DNA from: Balanoglossus misakiensis
Lineage: Eukaryota > Animalia > Hemichordata
NCBI GenBank assembly: GCA_040954595.2
Contig: CM082593.2
Coordinates: 6,913,579-6,977,578 of the forward strand
Direction of reading: 5' to 3'
DNA: 64,000 bases
The translations under genes were made by a program, and so were the position numbers. Within the stretch, counting starts at the first letter, position 1. Each line of letters starts with the position of its first letter. Under the pieces are notes generated by a model that made no database searches, was not told where the DNA came from, and saw only the letters and a list, made by a program, of their open reading frames with translations. Below are positions 26,520 to 47,200 of the stretch, one piece after another.

Positions 26520-28052
26520 TTACAGTTCTTTCCGTTTCAACACTAGGGGGCCGACGTTGTCGCTGCATTCTGTGTTGTGTTTGTTGTGAGAGCCATCACA
26601 GAGTGGAAACTGTTGAATAAAAAAAAACAGAGTTAGGTGCCATTATCAAATTGATAAGTAGAGTTTATATGTCATGTGAATATCGAGAGCTCTCTTTTAT
26701 CATGTGTGTTTTCAAAGACTGTAATGTACGATGTTTTAAAATCAACTGTAGAGACAGGCTTCATCTTTACATTTGTTAGGTTTTACTTGCTCTCATTCTA
26801 CTGCTTCCCTCTCCGCCTCACTACATCTGACTATTACCCCTTTCACCACCATGGTTCAGTCCAAACCTACTGTTTCCTATGGTAAAGTTGGACCTCTACA
26901 CAGGGAAATGGGGGTGGTGCAGCCAACTTCACACTTGCTGTAGTTTTATCAGTTTAAACTGAACAACGTTTTTTAACAAACCACAAATATGCATAATTGT
27001 AATGTACTTGTCTTAAAACGAACAGCGGAAATGACCAGCATGCTGACAGCTTCATTGAATATACTGCGGCTTTGGTGTACAATCCATTACTGTAGCTGCC
27101 ACCACAGTACACATCCACAAAGAACAACACACTCCTCAAACAATCAAATGTTACACCCTCCATCTATCTACCTTCTTAGATTTCCAGCATCTGCAGTAGG
27201 AGACTTTCTCGGCCAGATCCTCGATATCATGCATGGTTACGACCTTGGCTACGTCTTTCTGGATTCGGCGATTGACCCTCGAATCTTTCTGGCCTTTCTT
27301 GGCCCTGTATGATGCATAGAAGAACGTTACTGCCAGCACCGTGCCAAAGACGGGGAGTATCACTCCCCAGTCTGTAGCTGAAAGACAGAGATGAAAGACG
27401 TATTATGCTCATGCACTATATTTACCTCTGTCACTTTCAGTTTCACTACTTGAAGGGAACATGGTCAATTGTTCTTGACAATACAATAGTTACATTGACA
27501 TTTTACTGTGGGTTTGTGACCTTGACTGTTTGTCAACAATATAAATATAAACAATCAATGAGTGATAGGGCTACCGATACGCAGCAGATTTACATTCGGC
27601 ATATTTCCGGATGGGGAGACATTGTGTAATAAATTGCGTGAATATTGGCTGAGGGATTTTCCCTTGAAGTGACCGGATACTAGTACCCGGATTTGGCAGT
27701 GGTCGAAAACCAGCGTAGAGGGTGTTGCACCCAAATACACCCAAACATGGTTTATAGCGAGAAACGATGATCATGAACTTTGTAAAAAAACAAATTGGAG
27801 AAATTCTGGGTTTTAACAACATTCTCTGTATATATATGATTCATTAAATCATTACTAGAAAATGCGAGAAACGACGATTTGACACGGATTTACAATTACA
27901 ATTATTAGTACGTGGGCCATGGACTGTTTTGGACCAGGTCACTGGTGGGGTGGCGCAGCGTTCACTGGAAACTTACGAAATACATGTACAGTTGATGTAC
28001 TACTTACATTCACATTCTACTTACCTTGCAATCTATCGACATATCCTGTCAT
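26520..28052 (-). CDS. CISD1: CDGSH iron-sulfur domain protein (mitoNEET/CISD1-like; co-ortholog of CISD1/CISD2), 3 exons, 107 aa
   Basis: Exons 28052-28025 (MTGYVDRLQ), 27377-27172 ([12 protein letters not shown]...TM helix...[35 protein letters not shown]) and 26609-26520 ([29 protein letters not shown]). Intact CxCxxSxxxPxCDGSH 3Cys-1His motif; phases 1 and 0 are consistent. Confidence 0.92.
26838..26916 (+). mobile_element. ~87-bp TTAA-type MITE, copy 2 (CISD intron 2)
   Basis: CCCTTTCACCACCATGGTTCAGTCCAAACC...TATGGTAAAGTTGGACCTCTACACAGGGAAATGGGGGTG; the right terminal repeat is degenerate. Confidence 0.7.
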
Positions 28053-29783
28053 CTTGCTTGAGTTTTCGTTTTAACGTCAAACTGCAGGTGGAATTCTACC
28101 ACGTCCCGTCCACCAGGTGTGCCAAATTACTTCCTACAGTGGACGTTAACCGTTGACCTCAGCTCTGCAAACGAGGTCAACGCAAGGTTCCCTAACTTCA
28201 TAAAAGTTAGAAAGAAAATATGGGAAAATTTGTTATACGCACACTACTGTATACACTATATCATTGTTTAAGTATATTATAATTTGTTTAAATTTGTCAG
28301 GAGGGACCTCGAATTTATAAATAATGACCGATCACATATCACAGGTGAGGCAGTTTAGTTTGGATGCCTTTTACTCTAGAGGGCGCTCAAACAGCAAGAA
28401 GTCGGAAACTTTCGTGACAATCCGATCAGGAATCAAAGAAAGCCGACAAATTAACAGAAACAACGTGGTTGATTAACATTCAAAGGAGACAAATACTTGG
28501 GGTTCTAGACAACAATGAACGAATAACAAACACACTGGTACTTATATAAATAATTAAACAAACATAACCATTCTTCACAACAGCCTGTTTCAGCTGCTCT
28601 TTGAAAAAAAAGAGTAGGCCTATTAAAGACGTACACATGAGGAGATTTTTTGGCAAATATTGGCATATTTGATATGAAAAATCGAAGCAGACATGAGTGG
28701 GCTGTGCATGTATTTTTTGTTAATAAAGTTTACGATTGGTGCCTGGTTATTAACAAGCTATTAAAAGTCCATACATGATACGGGATATATTGAAGTTTTC
28801 AAGAAAAGAAAAAAAGAAGTTAGAAATAAACTAAGAAGTGTGCTAGTTTTCCTATCAAAGAAACAGTAACAGTGTCGCGAGACTCTTCATTTTTATTTAG
28901 AAATGATTTGGTGATATTTTTATGGTACACATGTAGTCCTATTGTTGTAAATTTAGCCCAGATGACACGAAAGAGAACTTCAGTTGATTTGTCTCATGAA
29001 ATACGTCTTGGTGAAAAAGGTAAAAGTGTGAAATTTGACAAATAAACAAACAAACAAAATTGTAAAAGTGCGCTGCCCCTTCCAACTTCATAGCACCTGT
29101 ATTTCTGTTAAAAGATGTCACGTACAGTCGGATAATTTATAATTCAAGGAGACTATAGCACGCATGCACTGGGCGCGGCGAATTCTCTGAATGTCAAGCG
29201 CCATCAGAGGCGCCCTTTATTGTAACAAGGGAATCCCGTTGTATTCAAGGACATCATACTGACCTCGTTCAAGAATAAATAAATAACTTTAAAACGAAAC
29301 AAAAAAATCGCCTGCAATTTTCTATTTTCTTATTTTCATCTTTCCTTTCAATGTAGAATACGACGTACGGCGATGTTTTGGTGTTATTATAAGTTCAAAG
29401 GAACCCAACTCAAACAATGTAGCAGTCCTGTTAGCGAGACTACATGGTTAATCTACCTTTATTAATCCGCTGGAACTATTTTTTAGTCAAATATCTTGTC
29501 GAACTGTAAGTAATACTTCTGTGTCTGTTATTTCTTAACCATGAAGTAATATGCCATAGATGTGTTATCGTCAGAAAAAATTGTCTTATTTTGTGTGATT
29601 GAAACGTAAAATTTTGTTGTCAAGTTACAGTGTCACGTGATAGGAATAACTGGTACTACTTTCATATCTGGTCGGCCATACTTGTTCGGCGAAAACGTTC
29701 GTGAAAAACCGTATCTGAGAACGCTCATTGTCTTTGCCATCCAACTTCAGCGCTAGTTCGTTTATTACAAACAGACACATACC
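28053..29783. promoter_or_regulatory. Divergent (head-to-head) promoter interval between CISD and UBE2D
   Basis: Start codons face away from each other ~1.7 kb apart. GTCACGTGA E-box at ~29632-29640 and CpG-rich patches near both starts. Confidence 0.6.
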
Positions 29784-34478
<4,695 letters not shown>

Positions 34479-35402
34479 CTTGCTTTTTGGAATATGGACA
34501 AGTACTTGACTGCTGGGAAATTTTCTTTATACCAAGATCTGTGGATATGGCCGCCACCAACCGATTCGACTCCCCTCTCATCATCATCCTGGTGTATGCA
34601 TTTGTACAGACGTTGTAACACAGACTGCCACAATCCTGAAAAAAAAAATGAAAAAATTAACGGCTGCATCACAAAGCATTTTGTGTGGTTTTCTTTGAAC
34701 TTATTTGTGTTCAGTTGAAGTAGAGGTGTTATAAGCCATGTGGAAATGATTAAAAAAAAGTCTGATTTGATGATCATACTCGTTTACAAAAATTAAAATG
34801 ATCGCGTTACTTGCGCGATTTAACTGAAGTTGACATGTCTTTAGTGGTAGAAAGATAAGCGGGGTGGTTGCACAGAAGTTCAAAAACACTACGCAGAATT
34901 GTGGTGGTGATACTTTGATAAGACATGAAAACTGTTACACACTCCGGGAATCTCTTTGATATATAACCATCACAAGACTCACATGTACATAAAGTATATA
35001 TTGGACATGCCCTTCACAGAAACGAGACACTCCTGAAAAAAAAAATCCTTCAATAAAACATTCATTTAAGTCTTTGTCAAAATCTGCTATGTCTTTACAA
35101 ATTAAGTGTCATCTTCCCCATAAAAGTGTTGTGGAGCTAGTTGCAAGTTTTGAAAAGTAAGTAAACCCTGCTCATTTAGATTTGGGAGTCTGTTAATTAT
35201 TTGTCTTGCGATGACATCCATGTCAGTCAGTTTCTACCAGGGCATATTTTTTGCGCCTTTTTTTTTGTAAAAAAAAAATTCACGAAAGGAGACTGTAAGG
35301 TGTGTCAGTAGAAACGTGTGCTTGCTGGTATTAGTCTTTTTTTAATATCACATAGTCTTGTTAAATCCATTTCAAAACTGACTGACAGGGGTGTTTACGG
35401 CC

Positions 35403-35427
35403 ATTGATTCATTCATTCATTCATTCA
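35403..35427. repeat. (ATTC)n microsatellite
   Basis: attgattcattcattcattcattca. Confidence 0.7.
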
Positions 35428-36693
35428 AGACTTGATTTCCCTTCCTTCCTGGAGGGACTAAATCATCAGAGCCAAGTTGCAGTGTCTGTTCGCTGTACCC
35501 CCTTTATACCAGTAAAAATCTTTCTCACTAATGTATAAATTTCTTTGCCAACACCCGTTTTCTGTACAATCTTATAAAAGTGAAATAGATAACATTTTTT
35601 TTGTTTGTCTGGATTTGTAATTCTGTTGTTTGTCTTTGATGCAGAGTCTGCTGGTGGTGGCGTGGGTGTGGTAAGGTATGTGCAATTGGAATGTGAGGGG
35701 GTAAATTTTGTGTGCACACACGTCTGGTTTACAAATGACCCAAGCAGCTGTCAGAACTAGCCAGCTGGATGGATGGATGGATACCTGAATTTGGAGGAAA
35801 GGAAGAAAAGCGAGTTCTTAGTGTATCAGGTTGGTCACCCCCTGGGCATTGCCAATCACCGTTAGCGCGAGGGTCTGTGGTTGGCCGGGAAAATATCCAC
35901 CTGGACAGAGTGATTATACTATCTTTCTTCACAAGTATTAATTTTTCCGGAGTGGCATGGCCTTATTGAGAATGATCTTGTTTGGTGGGCCTTTGAAAAA
36001 ATGCCAGGAATCTATTAGCAATTTCTACCCTACCACAGACATGCTCATCTTCGTAAACCAGTTGAGTTCCCATGTATATTCAGTCCGCGACTACCTCTGT
36101 TTGTAGAGTAGATTGACCCAACCAAGCCATGCACATCATATCAGCTGATGCCCCTAAAACTATAAATGCTTCCAAATTATGTAATTATATTTAGGTCAAA
36201 AGTCACCCAGTACAGAAATTTTCATTCCAAACACAGGTCCACTTCAAACAAAAATCCCCAATATATATTATATCCCTGTTGAGTGTAGCCTGTCATTTGA
36301 TTTATGCATAAATAATTAATCTGATAAGAAATAATCATGGCATACTTGACCAAGAATATTAAAATACATTTATTATTAAAATATATAGCATGCATAGTAA
36401 TTCAGAAATCTCAACTCGAGAATAAATATTAATTTAGGTCATCCCAAGTTATATTCACAGCAAACATTTTTTTTCAACTGATAGCAATTGTTCCATTAGG
36501 CATAATATGAGAGGATAAACATAGGTCAGATTATAATATTAATACAGATAATTCTAGGCAAGGCTCAGACATTCTCGCAATCGTATAAGATGGGCGTCAG
36601 TGTACAAAAACTGAAGGAAAACAATCGAAAATCAACGTACGTTCTTGTAGACCTTTTAATATAAACTAAGAATGAAAACAATGTGAAGATGAG

Positions 36694-36754
36694 GTATGTA
36701 TGTATGTATGTATGTATGTATGCGTGTGTTTGTATGTATGTACATGTATGTATA
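36694..36754. repeat. (GTAT)n microsatellite between the two UBE2D 3' ends
   Basis: gtatgtatgtatgtatgtatgtatgtatg...gtatgtatgtacatgtatgtata. Confidence 0.8.
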
Positions 36755-37966
36755 CATCATATTGTATTTCCCCATTTGTTTACACCTGAAGAGTGTGTAA
36801 GAAAATCTGCTGGCAACGATGAATTTTAATTATTAAAGACCTATATTTTTAGGAGGTACACACTGATTCCCAATGGCGCGGAAGAAGGTTCCTGTTTGTC
36901 ACCTTCTCTTGGTGAAGACCAGTGGCAGGGCAAGCCATCACTCGGAAATCATCAGTGGTCGAAATTTCATGTTTTCAATTTAAATCACAGAAAAAATTAA
37001 AATAACCAGCATTGACTTTATTTACACCAGAGAAAATATAAATACAAAAGTGATAAAAGTCTGATCTTACACAGTCCCACGAACAAGTCGAAATATAATT
37101 TACCCAAATTTCACTTCATTTGAAGTCCTACAATATAAACCTACACAGTATAATACCGTCAGTATGTTTCAAAACACTGATAACAATAGTCATAGGTCGT
37201 CTTTTTGTCATTTGGTATATGTTGTTTTTCTTGGGGATTTCATTACAAAATAGACTTTAGTATAAATGCTCCTAGCCTAGTATCTAGCCATATTTTGTCC
37301 ACTAGATACTAGGCTAAAATGCTCCATGTTAAATTGTTGTTGTTGGAAGATCTTACTTCACAAGAACTGATCTTGATGAAACCTTAGACCTCGTGCTCTT
37401 CTTGAAAGTCTATGTAAAATGTCTCTGAGGGAAAAATCCATTATCGTATGTGTCATAAATGCATCTATTTCTGCATAAATGGATCATCTGTACAGCAAAT
37501 ATGAAATACTAGACCACTGTGTTAATATTATGTGAAATTTTAGATCTGCCCACATTACAAAATTTGATGGAGCAGAAAATATTAATTAATTACGCTAGCT
37601 TGAAAGAAAATTTAGTCTATGAAGTGTAGCAAAGGTAATCTTTTTATTTGATCAGTAATTAACATGCAAAGACACACAATTAACATAATATTTCTAATTA
37701 CTCTCTAACAAGCTGTTCTATTTTTGGTTAAACAATAGGGAAGGGGGCTGTATCATCTGTACCAAAAGGTACCAGCCAATTTGGAAACTCACATGTGTTC
37801 CATAGTGTTGTTACATTGTTGGAATCTGCCATGTACCTAACATTTTTGTAACATTCTTGTTACAAAATAATTGTAAATATGTCACTGGAGTGTCATTATT
37901 CATCCAAGAAAATCTGCTGATGTTTTCTTGATTTTAGATGTTTTGTACGACAGCAACCGTCTTCCT

Positions 37967-40651
<2,685 letters not shown>

Positions 40652-41047
40652 GTTTTCAGCTAGCTCCTTTAGAGTCGGTGTTCAAGTTCGCAATACACCA
40701 CACAACAATGTTCGTCGCAGGTCATTTTCTGGAATGATTACTCATGTTCTATAAATAGAAGTTAATTTATTCAGGTTACTGCCAGAGAGTGAATGAAAGT
40801 TTGATGGTAGTCTGTTAATGTTTGACAAACAAACAAAACAAAAACAAATACACTGCGAGTCGACAAATACAAGGTTTGTAAACAAATCAATATAATTTAT
40901 GTAGTAATAATAGCAAAAGTGAAAAAGAAACTGCAAAATGTTAATGGCAACTTGTCTATGCTTGAAGCATCATCTATGCTATAGCTATAAATGCCTATTC
41001 AAAAATACGCCCTCATCAACCGAGAACATACGCATATTAAATTTTTG

Positions 41048-41215
41048 GACATTTTTCATCGGCTATAAGTCATGAAAAGTGTCAATATATGACACATGTC
41101 CGACTTTGGGAAATTTGGTAATTTTATCATGTAAGGACATTTTTCATGAAAAAAACATGTCGGAAATATGTCAATCATATTTTGACATTTTTATGGCCTA
41201 TAAGCCATGAAAAAT
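41048..41215. repeat. Degenerate, palindromic satellite-related border sequence
   Basis: GACATTTTTCATCGGCTATAAGTCATGAAAAGTGTC, CGACTTTGGGAAAT and TTTTTATGGCCTATAAGCCATGAAAA resemble parts of the 88-bp monomer. Confidence 0.65.
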
Positions 41216-44200
41216 TTCTTCATTTTTTGATAAAAATCATGGGTTATAGCTCATGAAAATCATCCAAAAATGACCATTTTTCGACTTTCCGAAAGATCAA
41301 ACTTTCTTCATTTTTTGATAAAAATCATGGGTTATAGCCCATGAAAATCACCCCAAAATGACGATTTTTCGACTTTGCGAAATATCAAAATTTCTTCATT
41401 TTTTTGAAAAAATCATGGGTTATAGCCCATGAAAATCATCCAAAAATGACCATTTTTCGACTTTGCGAGATATCAAAATTTCTTCATTTTTTTGAAAAAA
41501 TCATGGGTTATAGCCCATGAAAATCATCCAAAAATGACGATTTTTCCACTTTGCGAGATATCAAAATTTCTTCATTTTTTTGAAAAAATCATGGGTTATA
41601 GCCCATGAAAATCATCCAAAAATGACGATTTTTCGACTTTGCGAGATATCAAAATTTCTTCATTTTTTTGAAAAAATCAAGGGTTATAGCCCATGAAAAT
41701 CATCCAAAATTGACGATTTTTCGACTTTGCGAGATATCAAAATTTCTTCATTTTTTTGAAAAAATCATGGGTTATAGCCCATGAAAATCATCCAAAATTG
41801 ACGATTTTTCGACTTTGCGAGATATCAAAATTTCTTCATTTTTTTTGAAAAAATCATGGGTTATAGCCCATGAAAATCATCCAAAAATGACGATTTTTCG
41901 ACTTTGCGAGATATCAAAATTTCTTCATTTTTTTTGAAAAAATCATGGGAATCATCCAAAAATGACGATTTTTCGACTTTGCGAGATATCAAAATTTCTT
42001 CATTTTTTTGAAAAAATCATGGGTTACAGCCCATGAAAATCATCCAAAAATGACGATTTTTCGACTTTGCGAGATATCAAAATTTCTTCATTTTTTGAAA
42101 AAATCATGGGTTATAGCCCATGAAAATCATCCAAAAATGACGATTTTTCGACTTTGCGAGATATCAAAATTTCTTCATTTTTTGAAAAAATCATGGGTTA
42201 TAGCCCATGAAAATCATCCAAAAATGACGATTTTTCGACTTTGCGAGATATCAAAATTTCTTCATTTTTTTGAAAAAATCATGGATTATAGCCCATGAAA
42301 ATCATCCCAAAATGACAATTTTTCGACTTTGCGAGATATCAAAATTTCTTCATTTTTTTGAAAAAATCATGGGTTATAGCCCATGAAAATCATCCAAAAT
42401 TGACGATTTTTTGACTTTGCGAGATATCAAAATTTCTTCATTTTTTTGAAAAAATCATGGGTTATAGCCCATGAAAATCATCCAAAAATGACGATTTTTC
42501 GACTTTGCGAGATATCAAAATTTCTTCATTTTTTTGAAAAAATCATGGGTTATAGCCCATGAAAATCATCCAAAAATGACGATTTTTCGACTTTGCGAGA
42601 TATCAAAATTCCTTCATTTTTTTGAAAAAATCATGGGTTATAGCCCATGAAAATCATCCAAAAATGACCATTTTTCGACTTTGCGAGATATCAAAATTTC
42701 TTCATTTTTTTGAAAAAATCATGGGTTATAGCCCATGAAAATCATCCAAAAATGACGATTTTTCCACTTAGCGAGATATCAAAATTTCTTCATTTTTTTG
42801 AAAAAATCATGGGTTATAGCCCATGAAAATCATCCAAAATTGACGATTTTTCGACTTTGCGAGATATCAAAATTTCTTCATTTTTTTGAAAAAATCATGG
42901 GTTATAGCCCATGAAAATCATCCAAAAATGACGATTTTTCGACTTTGCGAGATATCAAAATTTCTTCATTTTTTTGAAAAAATCATGGGTTATAGCCCAT
43001 GAAAATCATCCAAAAATGACGATTTTTCGACTTTGCGAGATATCAAAATTTCTTCATTTTTTTTGAAAAAATCATGGGAATCATCCAAAAATGACGATTT
43101 TTCGACTTTGCGAGATATCAAAATTTCTTCATTTTTTTGAAAAAATCATGGGTTACAGCCCATGAAAATCATCCAAAAATGACGATTTTTCGACTTAGCG
43201 AGATATCAAAATTTCTTCATTTTTTGAAAAAATCATGGGTTATAGCCCATGAAAATCATCCAAAAATGACGATTTTTCGACTTTGCGAGATATCAAAATT
43301 TCTTCATTTTTTGAAAAAATCATGGGTTATAGCCCATGAAAATCATCCAAAAATGACGATTTTTCGACTTTGCGAGATATCAAAATTTCTTCATTTTTTT
43401 GAAAAAATCATGGATTATAGCCCATGAAAATCATCCCAAAATGACAATTTTTCGACTTTGCGAGATATCAAAATTTCTTCATTTTTTTGAAAAAATCATG
43501 GGTTATAGCCCATGAAAATCATCCAAAATTGACGATTTTTTGACTTTGCGAGATATCAAAATTTCTTCATTTTTTTGAAAAAATCATGGGTTATAGCCCA
43601 TGAAAATCATCCAAAAATGACGATTTTTCGACTTTGCGAGATATCAAAATTTCTTCATTTTTTTGAAAAAATCATGGGTTATAGCCCATGAAAATCATCC
43701 AAAAATGACGATTTTTCGACTTTGCGAGATATCAAAATTCCTTCATTTTTTTGAAAAAATCATGGGTTATAGCCCATGAAAATCATCCAAAAATGACCAT
43801 TTTTCGACTTTGCGAGATATCAAAATTTCTTCATTTTTTTGAAAAAATCATGGGTTATAGCCCATGAAAATCATCCAAAAATGACGATTTTTCCACTTAG
43901 CGAGATATCAAAATTTCTTCATTTTTTTGAAAAAATCATGGGTTATAGCCCATGAAAATCATCCAAAATTGACGATTTTTCGACTTTGCGAGATATCAAA
44001 ATTTCTTCATTTTTTTGAAAAAATCATGGGTTATAGCCCATGAAAATCATCCAAAAATGACGATTTTTCGACTTTGCGAGATATCAAAATTTCTTCATTT
44101 TTTTGAAAAAATCATGGGTTATAGCCCATGAAAATCATCCAAAAATGACGATTTTTCGACTTTGCGAGATATCAAAATTTCTTCATTTTTTTTGAAAAAA

Positions 44201-47200
44201 TCATGGGTTATAGCCCATGAAAATCATCTAAAAATGACGATTTTTCGACTTTGCGAGATATCAAAATTCCTTCATTTTTTTGAAAAAATCATGGGTTATA
44301 GCCCATGAAAATCATCCAAAAATGACGATTTTTCCACTTTGCGAGATATCAAAATTTCTTCATTTTTTTGAAAAAATCATGGGTTATAGCCCATGAAAAT
44401 CATCCAAAATTGACGATTTTTCGACTTTGCGAGATATCAAAATTTCTTCATTTTTTTGAAAAAATCATGGGTTATAGCCCATGAAAATCATCCAAAAATG
44501 ACGATTTTTCGACTTTGCGAGATATCAAAATTTCTTCATTTTTTTGAAAAAATCATGGGTTATAGCCCATGAAAATCATCCAAAAATGACGATTTTTCGA
44601 CTTTGCGAGATATCAAAATTTCTTCATTTTTTTGAAAAAATCATGGGTTATAGCCCATGAAAATCATCCAAAAATGACGATTTTTCGACTTTGCGAGATA
44701 TCAAAATTTCTTCATTTTTTTGAAAAAATCATGGGTTATAGCCCATGAAAATCATCCAAAAATGACGATTTTTCGACTTTGCGAGATATCAAAATTTCTT
44801 CATTTTTTTGAAAAAATCATGGGTTATAGCCCATGAAAATCATCCAAAAATGACGATTTTTCCACTTTGCGAGATATCAAAATTTCTTCATTTTTTTGAA
44901 AAAATCATGGGTTATAGCCCATGAAAATCATCCAAAAATGACGATTTTTCGACTTTGCGAGATATCAAAATTTCTTCATTTTTTTGAAAAAATCATGGGT
45001 TATAGCCCATGAAAATCATCCAAAAATGACGATTTTTCCACTTTGCGAGATATCAAAATTTCTTCATTTTTTTGAAAAAATCATGGGTTATAGCCCATGA
45101 AAATCATCCAAAATTGACGATTTTTCGACTTTGCGAGATATCAAAATTTCTTCATTTTTTTGAAAAAATCATGGGTTATAGCCCATGAAAATCATCCAAA
45201 ATTGACGATTTTTCGACTTTGCGAGATATCAAAATTTCTTCATTTTTTTGAAAAAATCATGGGTTATAGCCCATGAAAATCATCCAAAAATGACGATTTT
45301 TCGACTTTGCGAGATATCAAAATTTCTTCATTTTTTTGAAAAAATCATGGGTTATAGCCCATGAAAATCATCCAAAAATGACGATTTTTCGACTTTGCGA
45401 GATATCAAAATTTCTTCATTTTTTTTGAAAAAATCATGGGTTATAGCCCATGAAAATCATCCAAAAATGACGATTTTTCGACTTTGCGAGATATCAAAAT
45501 TCCTTCATTTTTTTGAAAAAATCATGGGTTATAGCCCATGAAAATCATCCAAAATTGACGATTTTTCGACTTTGCGAGATATCAAAATTTCTTCATTTTT
45601 TTGAAAAAATCATGGGTTATAGCCATGAAAATCATCCAAAAATGACGATTTTTCCACTTTGCGAGATATCAAAATTTCTTCATTTTTTTGAAAAAATCAT
45701 GGGTTATAGCCCATGAAAATCATCCAAAATTGACGATTTTTCGACTTTGCGAGATATCAAAATTTCTTCATTTTTTTGAAAAAATCATGGGTTATAGCCC
45801 ATGAAAATCATCCAAAAATGACGATTTTTCGACTTTGCGAGATATCAAAATTTCTTCATTTTTTTGAAAAAATCATGGGTTATAGCCCATGAAAATCATC
45901 CAAAAATGACGATTTTTCGACTTTGCGAGATATCAAAATTTCTTCATTTTTTTGAAAAAATCATGGGTTATAGCCCATGAAAATCATCCAAAAATGACGA
46001 TTTTTCGACTTTGCGAGATATCAAAATTTCTTCATTTTTTTGAAAAAATCATGGGTTATAGCCCATGAAAATCATCCAAAATTGACCATTTTTCGACTTT
46101 GCGAGATATCAAAATTTCTTCATTTTTTTGAAAAAATCATGGGTTATAGCCCATGAAAATCATCCAAAAATGACGATTTTTCGACTTTGCGAGATATCAA
46201 AATTTCTTCATTTTTTTGAAAATATCATGGGTTATAGCCCATGAAAATCATCCAAAAATGACGATTTTTCGAATTTGCGAGATATCAAAATTTCTTCATT
46301 TTTTTGAAAAAATCATGGGTTATAGCCCATGAAAATCATCCAAAAATGACGATTTTTCGACTTTGCGAGATATCAAAATTTCTTCATTTTTTTTGAAAAA
46401 AATCATGGGTTATAGCCCATGAAAATCATCCAAAAATGACGATTTTTCGACTTTGCGAGATATCAAAATTCCTTCATTTTTTTGAAAAAATCATGGGTTA
46501 TAGCCCATGAAAATCATCCAAAATTGACGATTTTTCGACTTTGCGAGATATCAAAATTTCTTCATTTTTTTGAAAAAATCATGGGTTATAGCCCATGAAA
46601 ATCATCCAAAAATGACGATTTTTCCACTTTGCGAGATATCAAAATTTCTTCATTTTTTTGAAAAAATCATGGGTTATAGCCCATGAAAATCTTCCAAAAA
46701 TGACGATTTTTCGACTTTGCGAGATATCAAAATTTCTTCATTTTTTTGAAAAAATCATGGGTTATAGCCCATGAAAATCATCCAAAAATGACGATTTTTC
46801 GACTTTGCGAGATATCAAAATTTCTTCATTTTTTTTAAAAAATCATGGGTTATAGCCCATGAAAATCATCCAAAATTGACGATTTTTCCACTTTGCGAGA
46901 TATCAAAATTTCTTCATTTTTTTGAAAAAATCATGGGTTATAGCCCATGAAAATCATCAAAAATTGACGATTTTTCCACTTTGCGAGATATCAAAATTTC
47001 TTCATTTTTTTGAAAAAATCATGGGTTATAGCCCATGAAAATCATCCAAAAATGACGATTTTTCCACTTTGCGAGATATCAAAATTTCTTCATTTTTTTG
47101 AAAAAATCATGGGTTATAGCCCATGAAAATCATCCAAAAATGACGATTTTTCGACTTTGCGAGATATCAAAATTTCTTCATTTTTTTGAAAAAATCATGG

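Noticed and set aside
27571-27822. Basic ORF in CISD intron 1 as an alternative presequence-like first exon
   Set aside because: The only nearby donor (CG|GTAGCC at 27574) is phase 2, incompatible with the phase-1 acceptor of exon 2.
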